From a virus (taxonomy: Duplodnaviria; Heunggongvirae; Uroviricota; Caudoviricetes), in IMG/VR virus record IMGVR_UViG_3300045996_000852, positions 64,001 to 128,000 of that record: DNA of 64,000 nt. The stretch is one strand, 5' to 3'. Of the stretch, positions 9,420-19,472 are shown in pieces; position 1 is the first letter of the stretch; each line of letters begins with the position of its first letter. The notes under the pieces are model-generated. The model was not told the DNA's origin and made no database searches. It was given only the letters and a program-made list of their open reading frames with translations. A program made the position numbers and the translations under genes.

Positions 9420-10538
9420 TTATTCAATTACATTTACTACTTCTCCAAACGGAGGATTAAATTCTCTCTTGCCATATGTAGCCCAAAGTACAGGATAATC
9501 TGGAATTTCAGGGAATGAATTACACTCACCATCAGTAAAATAAACTACTGCTTTTGGTTTAAGATCATGTGCATCAATCCACTCAAATCCCGGTTTGAAA
9601 TCTGTTCCACCACCACCAGAAGGATGTAAATCTACTGGTCCATCAGGTTCGACATATTCATGTGATTGTACCTTAGCATCTACATAAACTACAGTAAACC
9701 CTTTACCGAAAGTATTTACTACTTCCTGCATTTCTCCACCAAACTTATTTAACAGTACTTGATTAATACTCATTGATGTATCAACAATCATTATAATATC
9801 ACCTACTGTTTCATTATATAAAGACGGTAAGAAAAATCCAGTATGTATATACCTCATATTAGGTCTCCTGAATGAATAGTCATCCCTTACTGCTTCAGAA
9901 AGGAATCTTGCCAATACTTCCTTCCAGTCTACTTGGGGTTTTAGAGCTTCATCAATGTGTCTAGCTAAGAATCCGGGTAATCTACCTTGCTTCTTTGCAT
10001 TGTTTATAGCCTGACTAACCATTTCCCTAACTTCCTGTTCTTCTTTTTCCCTTTCAGCTTCACCCTTGTTATCAGATGGGTCTATTCCTCCACATCCACC
10101 CGGGTCACTATCTGCATCAGGGTCATCATCTTCAGGTTCATCAGGTAATTCATTGTAGATTTCTTCTGCTGGTTTATCCCGGAATCTGTCATCTAGCAGG
10201 ACATCTTTTGGTAATTTCAAACCACATTCAATGATTATAGGATTTATAGCATAATCTGCTGCCTTATTCCATTTTCTGTGATTTCTCAAACCTTGTCTAG
10301 TATGGTGAAGATTCGTAATGTGCAGAACTTCATGAGCTAATACCCCGGATAATTCATCCAAAGGAGTTTTCTCTACGAAGTCTGGATTATACTTTATGTT
10401 CTTCCCATTAGTGGACATTGTTTTTGTTTTACCAGAAGTATCCTCTACATAATCCAATCCCATAGCTACGGAAGCAAAGAAAGGCTCACTAAGAATCATT
10501 AATGTCTTAGCTTTGCTGAATTTCTCTTCTACTTTCAT
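9420..10538 (-). CDS. DUF2201-like metallopeptidase fused to a vWA domain
   Basis: AHEVLH (HExxH), acidic linker, VDTSMS (MIDAS), GGGGTDF, VYFTDG. Confidence 0.85.
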   Translation of the reverse strand: MKVEEKFSKAKTLMILSEPFFASVAMGLDYVEDTSGKTKTMSTNGKNIKYNPDFVEKTPLDELSGVLAHEVLHITNLHHTRQGLRNHRKWNKAADYAINPIIIECGLKLPKDVLLDDRFRDKPAEEIYNELPDEPEDDDPDADSDPGGCGGIDPSDNKGEAEREKEEQEVREMVSQAINNAKKQGRLPGFLARHIDEALKPQVDWKEVLARFLSEAVRDDYSFRRPNMRYIHTGFFLPSLYNETVGDIIMIVDTSMSINQVLLNKFGGEMQEVVNTFGKGFTVVYVDAKVQSHEYVEPDGPVDLHPSGGGGTDFKPGFEWIDAHDLKPKAVVYFTDGECNSFPEIPDYPVLWATYGKREFNPPFGEVVNVIE

Positions 10539-11182
10539 TATTGATAATATTTATGTAGTTACAGGTTACTTTCCAAACTTCGTAACAATTGAATGTTGCT
10601 AAAGCTGTTCTCATATCATCCCTTCCACTTACGAAAGGATTTACTTCTTCGTAGGCTTTATGAGCAGCTTCCATTAGCCAATCAAATGAATCATGGAACT
10701 TTAACATTTCAATGGTTATTGCATCACCTAGTCTTATAGCTAATCTGTCTCTCCTATATCTTTTAGCAACCTCACCATACCAAGCCCAAGTTTCACTCTT
10801 CTGAACTACCCAAGCAATTCTTACTTCACCTCCGAGAAATTCAGCAATTAACTTATTTCCCTGTATTATCTCTTCCTTTGTCATCTTTTTGTTCTTTAGG
10901 TAATCTTAATGGAAGAACTCCTTTCTTTGTTCCACTGAAGTTCTTCTTTATCTTTTCTGTGATAGGCTCTGAACTGGTAAGCTGATAATATATCAACCTG
11001 TCCTTTCCTATAATGGTCAATTTCATTCTTCCGTCAGCTAAAATATCTTCTGAGAATACAACCGAATGTTCATCCCCATTAAATACTTTATCCACGGAAT
11101 CATATGCTTCCTGATAGGATTTCAGGTCCACTTCATCTTCAACTTCTTTTCCAGATAGCCTGTGTTTCCTATTGTATATCAT
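10507..11182 (-). CDS. two hypothetical proteins (10507-10884, 10853-11182)
   Basis: Overlapping ORFs in the operon. Confidence 0.55.
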
Positions 11183-12210
11183 ATGTTTAGGAGTTCTTGA
11201 TGTTTAACTGACCAATTTATAAAGCCTTTTGTGTTACAAACCTCTGGTTTTCTGACACTTATGTCTTTTACACAAGCTACAGAGAACTCAGGTTTCAGTC
11301 TATCCAGATAAGTTATGATATTATCTACATTTACCTCACTTGCTCTATTCGCCAATCCAGCACAGATAGCATAGGTCTGACCCCCACTTCCGTTACCTGT
11401 TGGAACCTTAGCACCTGTAGGATTGAGAATAATCTCATCCAAGGTTGGTAAATCTCTCATTAACTTAAGGAAAGCTGTATATTCAGCAGCAAAAGCCTCA
11501 CCTGCTATCCCCTTAAATGCTTCATGCTCAAAGCCTTGTGGTAATCCAGCGTTTTGAACTTTACCTACCGAACTTATAGTTCTTGGTGATGCAGTATTTA
11601 TTATATCCTTTGTAGGTACAGAATTCTCCAACATACTTGGTTTGAACCTTATAAAGGATATTAGCTCCAATGGCATATTTCCATCATTTAAAGCCCATTT
11701 AACCCAATCATTACTATCTATGTCAAATTCTATGATACCTCCGGTAAAACGGCTTTTTACAGGCTCTAACATCCCCGTAACAGCAGCTTTGTCCTCTTTC
11801 CGGTTGGTAGCTGCCACAATACTTACATTATCTGAGATTTTATGACCATTTATCTCCCTAGCCAGCAATATCTGCATAATAGCAGCTTGTACAGATGCAG
11901 GAGCTTGTCCCAAATCATCAATAAACCATGTTATAGGTTCTGTAGCTTCCAATAATTGCCTTAAATCACTAAAAGGTAAAAACTCTGCTTTCGGAGTTGA
12001 ACCATTCTTCGGAGTAAATGCAAAAGGTAATCCTTTGAAGTCTGTAGGGTCTGATACTACCGGATGACTAAGGATAACTTTCCTTCCAGCCCCCTTGCTT
12101 GCGGAAATAAGTACATCTGTTTTACCTACCCCGGGTTTACCCTTTACCAGCAAATTAAAGTTGTTCTCAATACAGAACTTAGCATACTCTTTTAATTGTG
12201 TTGCTTTCAT
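11179..12210 (-). CDS. MoxR/dynein-related AAA+ ATPase
   Basis: GKPGVGKT (Walker A), FIDD (Walker B), AATNR (sensor 1), SRF; likely start MKATQL at 12210, just downstream of a terminator. Confidence 0.85.
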   Translation of the reverse strand: MKATQLKEYAKFCIENNFNLLVKGKPGVGKTDVLISASKGAGRKVILSHPVVSDPTDFKGLPFAFTPKNGSTPKAEFLPFSDLRQLLEATEPITWFIDDLGQAPASVQAAIMQILLAREINGHKISDNVSIVAATNRKEDKAAVTGMLEPVKSRFTGGIIEFDIDSNDWVKWALNDGNMPLELISFIRFKPSMLENSVPTKDIINTASPRTISSVGKVQNAGLPQGFEHEAFKGIAGEAFAAEYTAFLKLMRDLPTLDEIILNPTGAKVPTGNGSGGQTYAICAGLANRASEVNVDNIITYLDRLKPEFSVACVKDISVRKPEVCNTKGFINWSVKHQELLNI

Positions 12211-12221
12211 CGTTTTTAAAT

Positions 12222-12245
12222 TAAAAAGGGAGTCCGAAGACTCCC
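12222..12245 (-). terminator. intrinsic terminator after rIIA
   Basis: GGGAGTC-TTCG-GACTCCC followed by TTTTT on the minus strand. Confidence 0.8.
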
Positions 12246-12253
12246 CTTTGTGA

Positions 12254-15253
12254 TTAATACTCTTTATGCCATTCGAGACTTTCTTCAACAGAAGGTAATT
12301 CAGTATCACCATTTGATAACACTGGTTCACCTACATCATCGGGATTAGACTCTATTTCTACCTTATCTTCCCCTGTATTAGGGTCTTCCATGTTATTAAT
12401 AGGAACACTTACCTCAGAAGAATCATTATCTCCTGATGGTTCCTGAATTTCTTCAACTTCAGGTGTTTCTTCAATCTCAACATGAACCATTTGTTCTTCT
12501 TCATTAGACATGGTTGTTTCTTGGTTATCTTCCTCATCATCATCCTGTGTTTCGTTTTCATCGAAGTCATCCTCATCTACTTCCCCTGATTCATCAAATT
12601 CTTCATCATCATCATCGTCTGAATCATCATCTTCATCAGATTCTTCCTCATCTAATTCTAATTCTTCCTCTTCCTCTTCCTCTTCCTCTTCTTCAGGGTC
12701 AGGTAATGGGTCTTGAACATCTGGTTCTTTAATATCATCCTGCCTTAATGCTACAGGAATACAATTAGGATATTCTTCCAGAAGTTTCTCTTTGGATAAC
12801 CATACATATTCTTCATCAAGAGAATGGTCTTCATGACCAATCATTTGACCAAGGAAATCATGCTTAGGCTTCCAATAAGCTATTTCTTCTTCAGGAACCA
12901 CATCTTCTATTACAGGAACAAGACGATAATTCTGAGTAATAGTACAATCTACATTCTTAGCTTTAAGAATTGTGTAGATTAGATTCCTTACAGCTTTCTT
13001 TTGTGCTGCATTAGCATGTCTAGGAGCTTCTAAGAATTTCAGGAAGTTGAAATCTTCCATTATTTTCTTAAATGTTTCTAATGTAGGATAAATCTCAGGG
13101 TCAACTTGATTGTTTTGAAGAGCAAGTTGTTTCAACTCCTGATATAATTCATCACTACCATTCTGCTTGTTGGCACTTTTGTATCTACGTAAAGAATCTC
13201 TCATTTCCTTATACTTAGGAAATGCATCAGCTATCATGTCTTCGTGACCAGCAGGAATCATATCCAGATAATCACTAATTAAATTTGCAGTAACGTATCT
13301 TTGAAGAGGTTTTGTAAACATAACTTTAACGGTTTCATTTAGTTCATTAAATACTTTCTTTCCTTTAAGGAATTCTTCTTTGGTTTTCCAATTTTTCAGA
13401 TGTTTAACGTGTTTGACTTCACGATCATTAAGCCATACAATATCAATATCCTGACTTATAACATTACCTTTACTGTCTTTCTTTGAGAAAGCCATCAAAG
13501 TATTATAAATAAAATCAGGTCCATCTTCCCTTGTGTCATTGTAAGCCTCATCTTTTGTAAAGTAAATAGTCAAACGATTCTTTTGGGAAAGTTCTTGAAT
13601 TTTCATCTTTCCTTTATCGAAGACTACTTTACCACCAAATTTATATTCCCTAGCATTATTGATTGTAATTTCACCTTTCTCTTTGTTAAGAGCTTTGTAA
13701 TTAGAACTATAAGAACCAGTACTTCTATTGGCTTTCATCTCTTCTTTCTTCATCTCAATCCATTCTGTGAATTCTTCCGAGCCTTCCAGTTCCTTACCAT
13801 CTTCAAATTTACTAAATACAGTTTCCTGTACATGCTGCCACTCTTTAATGTGCTCTCTCCAAGACTCCCTTGGGACATCACCTAATAATAGGATGTTGTA
13901 ATAAGAATTTTCTTTATATTTACCATAAGCTCCCAAAGTTCTTTTATTCCTTCTTACTACAAACAAAGTATCATCATTATACTTTTCCCTTAAGAAACTT
14001 TTAAACCTACCAGTTGGTGTTGATTTAAGTTCTACAATAGTAGTTCTCTTATCATCTGTTAAGATTTTTGACATTTCAGGCATGTATTTTTTAGCCCATG
14101 CTCCATTCTTACCAAGATATGAAACTTTATCATATTCAAAGAACATCTTGTCGAACTTCTCTTTGTACCAACTTGGCTTCCTGTACTTTACACCATCTAA
14201 TTCTACTTCTCTTACAGTAAGTTTGGCAAATTTGAGTAAATCGTTAATCTTTATCTGAGTCTCCTCAATCTTAACGTATTTATTCTTTCCACCAATAGCC
14301 TCCCATGCATCTACCAAGTTAGGGAATGCTTCTACTGTATTATCATATTTCTCTTTAAACCAATGAGCAACCTTTGTGATTTTATCCTTGAACAATTTAA
14401 TTGTTTCATCGGTATACATAATTGCTTCTCTGGAAGGTGTAGGCATGATACCATCTTGTAATCCAAATCTTAAACATATAGGTGAGAATATTTCATCAAT
14501 TCCCAAATGTTCAAAGTTAATTGCATAGTATACATCCTTGAGAGAAAAGTGTAGACTGTTATTGTGGTTAAGAGTAGACCACTGGAAGTCTTCAGCACGA
14601 TAGATTGTGTTATCTACAACATCACCATCAATTGACAGTATAACATTATCATAATAGCACAACTTCTGCCTAGCTTTCTTAACAAACTTATCTTTATCCC
14701 AATAGTCCTTAATTGGGACAATTACTGTTACACCATTACCTTCTTTTGTTTCTACTTCAGTCAGCTTATCATACTCAAGGAACACTGGTCCTTTGTAGCA
14801 AAGAAAAGTTCTTTGAACTCCATCTTTTGTACAGATGAATGTAGCATTTCTACTTACTGAGCACCAAGACTTAGCTCCAATTCCAAATGCACCAATTACA
14901 TCATCACTATCCTCTTTTGTTGAGGTAAGATAGTTCATTACTACATTCTCGAATTCAGATTCATCAAGTCCTAGTCCATTATCAACTATTCTTAGTTGAT
15001 ACTTTCCTCTTCCGTCTGCCTCAATATACACATAAACTGGATTCTGCATTGGGTCTTTACCAGCTTGAATAATTGAGTCTAAGGCATTATTGGTAAGTTC
15101 TACAATTGTACTACCTACACCATCTGAATAGAGACCATTGGTGAGCAAGTATTGTAGTTTAGCCAGCTTTGCCTGATTAATCTTTGCTGTCTTAGGTGCT
15201 GAGTCACCAACAACAATGACGTTTTCGTTTGCATTTTTGTTTTCTAATTTCAT
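12254..15253 (-). CDS. rIIA: RIIA-like protein (N-terminal GHKL ATPase) with a long acidic C-terminal tail
   Basis: LYSD...ELTNNALDS, DNGLGL, STKEDSDDVIGAFGIGAKS, GNGVTV. Confidence 0.8.
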   Translation of the reverse strand: MKLENKNANENVIVVGDSAPKTAKINQAKLAKLQYLLTNGLYSDGVGSTIVELTNNALDSIIQAGKDPMQNPVYVYIEADGRGKYQLRIVDNGLGLDESEFENVVMNYLTSTKEDSDDVIGAFGIGAKSWCSVSRNATFICTKDGVQRTFLCYKGPVFLEYDKLTEVETKEGNGVTVIVPIKDYWDKDKFVKKARQKLCYYDNVILSIDGDVVDNTIYRAEDFQWSTLNHNNSLHFSLKDVYYAINFEHLGIDEIFSPICLRFGLQDGIMPTPSREAIMYTDETIKLFKDKITKVAHWFKEKYDNTVEAFPNLVDAWEAIGGKNKYVKIEETQIKINDLLKFAKLTVREVELDGVKYRKPSWYKEKFDKMFFEYDKVSYLGKNGAWAKKYMPEMSKILTDDKRTTIVELKSTPTGRFKSFLREKYNDDTLFVVRRNKRTLGAYGKYKENSYYNILLLGDVPRESWREHIKEWQHVQETVFSKFEDGKELEGSEEFTEWIEMKKEEMKANRSTGSYSSNYKALNKEKGEITINNAREYKFGGKVVFDKGKMKIQELSQKNRLTIYFTKDEAYNDTREDGPDFIYNTLMAFSKKDSKGNVISQDIDIVWLNDREVKHVKHLKNWKTKEEFLKGKKVFNELNETVKVMFTKPLQRYVTANLISDYLDMIPAGHEDMIADAFPKYKEMRDSLRRYKSANKQNGSDELYQELKQLALQNNQVDPEIYPTLETFKKIMEDFNFLKFLEAPRHANAAQKKAVRNLIYTILKAKNVDCTITQNYRLVPVIEDVVPEEEIAYWKPKHDFLGQMIGHEDHSLDEEYVWLSKEKLLEEYPNCIPVALRQDDIKEPDVQDPLPDPEEEEEEEEEEELELDEEESDEDDDSDDDDDEEFDESGEVDEDDFDENETQDDDEEDNQETTMSNEEEQMVHVEIEETPEVEEIQEPSGDNDSSEVSVPINNMEDPNTGEDKVEIESNPDDVGEPVLSNGDTELPSVEESLEWHKEY
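12520..12700 (-). repeat. low-complexity GAA/GAG/GAT tract encoding poly-E/D
   Basis: Runs of ttcctc, ttcttc and catcat on the plus strand. Confidence 0.85.
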
Positions 15254-15255
15254 AC

Positions 15256-15501
15256 TTATAAGTATTTTTGTAAAGCCTTAATAAATTCGGGTAAATGTTC
15301 TGTAGGTATCTCAATCCTACATCTTCCAGCTAATTTCCTACTGGTTAATGGTTCGATTTCAATATAAGGATTTCCTGTACTAACGTGGTTATTCCAATTA
15401 TTAATTTGAACACCTGTAGATTGAAATGTTCCATTCCTTCCAAGGAATTCTACAGTATCCTTAAAATCAATATTTTGTGTATGTCTTTCTTTGTAATTCA
15501 T
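15256..15501 (-). CDS. hypothetical protein
   Basis: 81-aa ORF. Confidence 0.55.
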   Translation of the reverse strand: MNYKERHTQNIDFKDTVEFLGRNGTFQSTGVQINNWNNHVSTGNPYIEIEPLTSRKLAGRCRIEIPTEHLPEFIKALQKYL

Positions 15502-16058
15502 ATAACTAATTTTCCTGTGTTAACGTTCCATTGTAAACCATGCATAGGACAAGTAACAATTCCATCAATCACCTGACAGCTTTTCATATCATAATTATGA
15601 TGAGGACATTTCATATTCTTCATTTGAACATCCTTCATAATATCTTTCAGAGTATTAAAACCTTGAGATTGAGGAAATTCTCTAAAATGTCTCTTATATA
15701 ATAATGGAATATACTCTTCTTTAACTACTTCAGTTTCCATAACAGGGGCAAAGTAATGTAAATTCTCAGCATCTTGGAATCTAGGATAAAGATGTTTGAA
15801 TGCTCTTTCCTGAGCTTCTATATGTTGCTCCAATACAAATCTCCAATCAACATGATAATGGGAATTGGGTTGACCATAGATACCATCTTTATGAGCTATA
15901 TCCAATACTGGAAACCAACAATCTTGTCTATCATATGTTTCTATAACATAATCTTCCCGGTTAGCTGGTCTTTCATTCCATCTTTTAGTAAGTACACATT
16001 TTACGAGATAGTGTTGTCCTATTTGAGGATTACAAACATCCTCAATTTTGTACATCAT
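15498..16058 (-). CDS. protein with a C-terminal Rieske [2Fe-2S]-type motif
   Basis: CPH-x16-CPMHG near the C-terminus. Confidence 0.65.
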   Translation of the reverse strand: MMYKIEDVCNPQIGQHYLVKCVLTKRWNERPANREDYVIETYDRQDCWFPVLDIAHKDGIYGQPNSHYHVDWRFVLEQHIEAQERAFKHLYPRFQDAENLHYFAPVMETEVVKEEYIPLLYKRHFREFPQSQGFNTLKDIMKDVQMKNMKCPHHNYDMKSCQVIDGIVTCPMHGLQWNVNTGKLVI

Positions 16059-16575
16059 ATTTCAAGTTTTCCTTGTATGAAACTATCTTGTTCAGATTCC
16101 AAATCCTTAAGTTCAGATTCATACATGGCTTTGAGCAATTTAATAACTTCATCGTTTGTACCTTTTCGAGCATTAAGTCTTGCATTCATAGCCTCATTCA
16201 GAACTTGAGAGCTACCTTCCATTTCTAGGACTTTCAGCTTATTCTTTACTCTTTTTATATTGTTGGTCAATTGGCTCATTTTGGAAAATGTGTTTTAAGT
16301 AATTCAAATCTTAGAGCAGTACTCATCTTCCAGTCATCTTTAGATAATGATTCTGCTTTCTGAATGAATTGTGTGAAAAAATCCTTATTCTTTTCAATAT
16401 ATTCACAATCAATAACAGTTTCAGAAGATAATATAGCTTCTACATCTTGAGAACTTAGAGTTTCCATGTTATCAAGAATGACTATATGAGCTTCGTTTAT
16501 CCTATCATTATTATAATGTGTAATATATTCTGTGAATTTATCCCATTCCATATCACTTAAAATGGTGCTCCCCAA
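16055..16575 (-). CDS. two hypothetical proteins (16055-16279, 16276-16575)
   Basis: Coupled ORFs. Confidence 0.5.
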
Positions 16576-17303
16576 TCAGCAGAATCCCACTGAATTGCTG
16601 GATATATACCATTATTTTCGTTAAGAATTTTGTTTATCTTGGTAAATATACCATCTGAATTCCAATCCCTACGAGTGTGTTCAGCAGCAGCCGGATGTTC
16701 AATCTCAAAGACATAGTTACCAAGTTCATAAATGTACTTCCTCATTCTCTTTGATGATTTACCACACAATACATAAATTATTCCTGTGTAGTCACTCATT
16801 ATATGAGTAAGGAAGAATTTCTGAAATGGTTCCCAAAGCTTCTCATGACTAGCTGTTTTGTTCAACTTGCAAGTAAGGTCTGTATTAAGCATCATAACTC
16901 CTTGTTCCAGAAGATAATTCAAAGATGCTTCTTGATTTACCTGTTTACCAACTTCTTTTGAAATAGCTTCATAGAATTTGATTAATGAAGGTTGAAGCTT
17001 CTTATCCGGTGTGTTAGAACAATCCATAGCTATTCCTGTAGCTTGATAGCTCTTATTCCTGTATCTTCTTGGATAAGGGTCCATCAGGTAGAATATTACC
17101 TTCAAATCCTGAGGTCTGGTCTTCTGGAATACTTTAAATGTATCCTCTGGTTTAGGAACTATGATTTCTTTATTCACCCGGGAATCATGCTTTAATACCT
17201 GATAAATATCATAGAACTCTTTGCTTTCAATAAAGGGCTTGAATTTCTCAGCCCAATCACCGAATAAAGGAGCAAAATCCTCATAAATCATTCTATTTTC
17301 CAT
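16557..17303 (-). CDS. ung: uracil-DNA glycosylase, family-1-like and divergent
   Basis: KVIFYLMDPYP (GQDPY equivalent), LLEQGVMMLNTDLT, VLCGK, EHPAA. Confidence 0.8.
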   Translation of the reverse strand: MENRMIYEDFAPLFGDWAEKFKPFIESKEFYDIYQVLKHDSRVNKEIIVPKPEDTFKVFQKTRPQDLKVIFYLMDPYPRRYRNKSYQATGIAMDCSNTPDKKLQPSLIKFYEAISKEVGKQVNQEASLNYLLEQGVMMLNTDLTCKLNKTASHEKLWEPFQKFFLTHIMSDYTGIIYVLCGKSSKRMRKYIYELGNYVFEIEHPAAAEHTRRDWNSDGIFTKINKILNENNGIYPAIQWDSADWGAPF

Positions 17304-17304
17304 A

Positions 17305-17676
17305 TTAGTCTAAATTTATATCTCTTTCGAAAGCTGACCCTTTTTGTTCTGATTCTTGATCTGCTACAGTAATAGGATTAATCATTACCCTTTCAAAAGT
17401 AATTTCATATTCTTCCAGATTCCCATCTTGAACTACTTCATTATACTCAGCAAACTCCAAGAATGCAAAATCATCTTCTTCAAGTTCTGTTCTAAAGAAA
17501 TCTTCAATTGCGTCAATCTGTTCCGTACCTTGATGCCATTTTATTGATTTCCAATACCAATATTTAGCTTTATCAGTCTCATGAGTTCTATCAGCATCAG
17601 ACATTGCATCCCGCACATTGTCAGGAATGTCTATTCCTTTACGAATAGCTATAATTACTTCACTTCTGCTTGACAT
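17305..17676 (-). CDS. hypothetical acidic protein
   Basis: 123-aa ORF. Confidence 0.55.
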   Translation of the reverse strand: MSSRSEVIIAIRKGIDIPDNVRDAMSDADRTHETDKAKYWYWKSIKWHQGTEQIDAIEDFFRTELEEDDFAFLEFAEYNEVVQDGNLEEYEITFERVMINPITVADQESEQKGSAFERDINLD

Positions 17677-17679
17677 ATG

Positions 17680-17835
17680 TTAAGGTTTATAAGTTTCTAC
17701 ACCAATTTTCTCTAATTCTTCTTTTTCCTTATCTGTAATATTTACCTCTATTGTATCATTACCATTAGATTCTTCAGGACATATTGTTAGAATCCAATTC
17801 TTTCCGTTGTGGTACATTTCATTTAATGTTGTCAT
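17680..17835 (-). CDS. small hypothetical protein (MTTLNEMYHNG...VETYKP, 51 aa)
   Basis: Manual translation; fills the gap exactly. Confidence 0.45.
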   Translation of the reverse strand: MTTLNEMYHNGKNWILTICPEESNGNDTIEVNITDKEKEELEKIGVETYKP

Positions 17836-17899
17836 AGTTGTAAAAATAATAAAGCCCCGGGATTACCGGAGCTTTAGGTTAATAAATGATGATTAAAGT

Positions 17900-18226
17900 T
17901 TAAGCAACTCTCCACACACGCATCAGAACTTTCACATGTTTGTCATTTTCACTTTTTTCTTGAGTAACAGGGTCTATGTTTACCGTAAACTTCCTGTCAC
18001 CAAGACTCTCTTTCTTCTGAATATCATGTATTCTTGTCCTTTGAGCATTAAGAGTTTGCTCGTTATATTCCACATTGATTACTCTACTTTCCAAAGGTTT
18101 CATTCTCTTCAAATCTTCCACTAAGTCATTCTTAGCTGGCATCTTTGTGTACTTTGGGAGTGGAATGTTTCTTTCAATCTTAATCTTAGATACTCTAGGA
18201 GTTCTCTCAAGTGTTTTTGTAGGCAT
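17900..18226 (-). CDS. small basic phage protein
   Basis: KIKIERNIPLPK motif; followed by a hairpin at about 17851-17875. Confidence 0.55.
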   Translation of the reverse strand: MPTKTLERTPRVSKIKIERNIPLPKYTKMPAKNDLVEDLKRMKPLESRVINVEYNEQTLNAQRTRIHDIQKKESLGDRKFTVNIDPVTQEKSENDKHVKVLMRVWRVA

Positions 18227-18392
18227 TGTTCGACTTTTATTGGTTTTTGTAATTGTGTTTGTTCTTATATCTTATCAAGCACCGTACCAAACTGAAAATG
18301 AACTGTGAAACAGTACGTTTAGTTCCTCTATACGGTATGTTACTGTAGAAATTCCACAAAAATATTCCACAAAGTCTCTCAATTTGGGGTAA

Positions 18393-19463
18393 TTAATCAA
18401 GCTTTACAGCCTTATGAGGTACTTGCTTTTCCGTACCTGTATTGGTTCTTACGTAGAACCCATGAACATTTACTCCTATTATTCTACCCTTTGTAGTATG
18501 CTGAGGTTCTCTAGGACTGTTCTCTGTCCATTTAAGGTCTATAAGAACCCTATTTCCTACCCGAGGTAATGGGAAGTTTATCTCATTGATAATCTTCTGA
18601 TTCGCTTCCTTTAGTTTTTCAACATGCGATTTTTGCTTCTCTTGTTCTTCTTGCATTTGTTATAATTTCTTCGTTAAGTTCACTGAGTACGTATATACCA
18701 CCTTCAACAAACCTATCAGCTAATGGTCCTTGACCATGCCAAGTATTAAATATCTTATCTAATGTAATTACTTGATGTACAAGGTCTTCTTTAGCATGTA
18801 GTTCTAGCCATAATTCGTTGAGTGTAGGAAATCCGTAATCTGAAATAAGTTTCCAGCTACACCATTCTAAAAATTTATCCTTTTCTTCTTCATCAAATCC
18901 GTTATCTTCAAAATCATAATCAGGACTAGCTGATGTATGACCACAAAGGTAAGTAGTTATCCACATTTTAATTATATTCTCTGAGGTTTGTTCAACCATA
19001 GATTTAACATAAGGTATATGTTTATCAGCTACTTGTTTGTAATTATACACATGCTCCCATATAATTCTCACTTTTGTAACAGGAATAGTTTTGTAAGTAA
19101 GACTTGGATTACCTGATCTGAATTCAAAGAATATTTCCTGTGTAATTTCATCTACCAGTTCATTATATTTGCAATAAATATCATATCTTTCATCCTCTGT
19201 TAGAGAATCGAATACTGGTGATACTACTTTTTTCATACTTCTTCTGCTTCAGTGATACCAAAATGTTTAATTACCTCATCTTTACCTATTGTTTCAAGTA
19301 TATCACTTGTACCATGAGCATCAATAAAAGTTTGGATGGGTATTTCCTCTGCTATAGATTTATCGTCAAGGTCATCAGTATCAATATCTTCTAAAGACAC
19401 TGTTATTTTCTTATAACCTACAGGGTCAATTTCTACTCTTGCTGCCGTAATTGTGATGTCCAT
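18393..19463 (-). CDS. three hypothetical proteins (18393-18656, 18619-19236, 19233-19463)
   Basis: Overlapping ORFs. Confidence 0.55.
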
Positions 19464-19472
19464 ATTAAGTTT

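Noticed and set aside
12510-12732. Plus-strand Ser-rich and His-rich ORFs, and the other plus-strand ORFs in the track
   Set aside because: They are antisense shadows of minus-strand genes (here the poly-E/D tail of rIIA) and carry no recognisable motifs.
18351-18373. Two ATTCCACAA motifs as DnaA boxes or an origin
   Set aside because: Imperfect matches, only two copies, and no clear unwinding element; a promoter is the simpler explanation.
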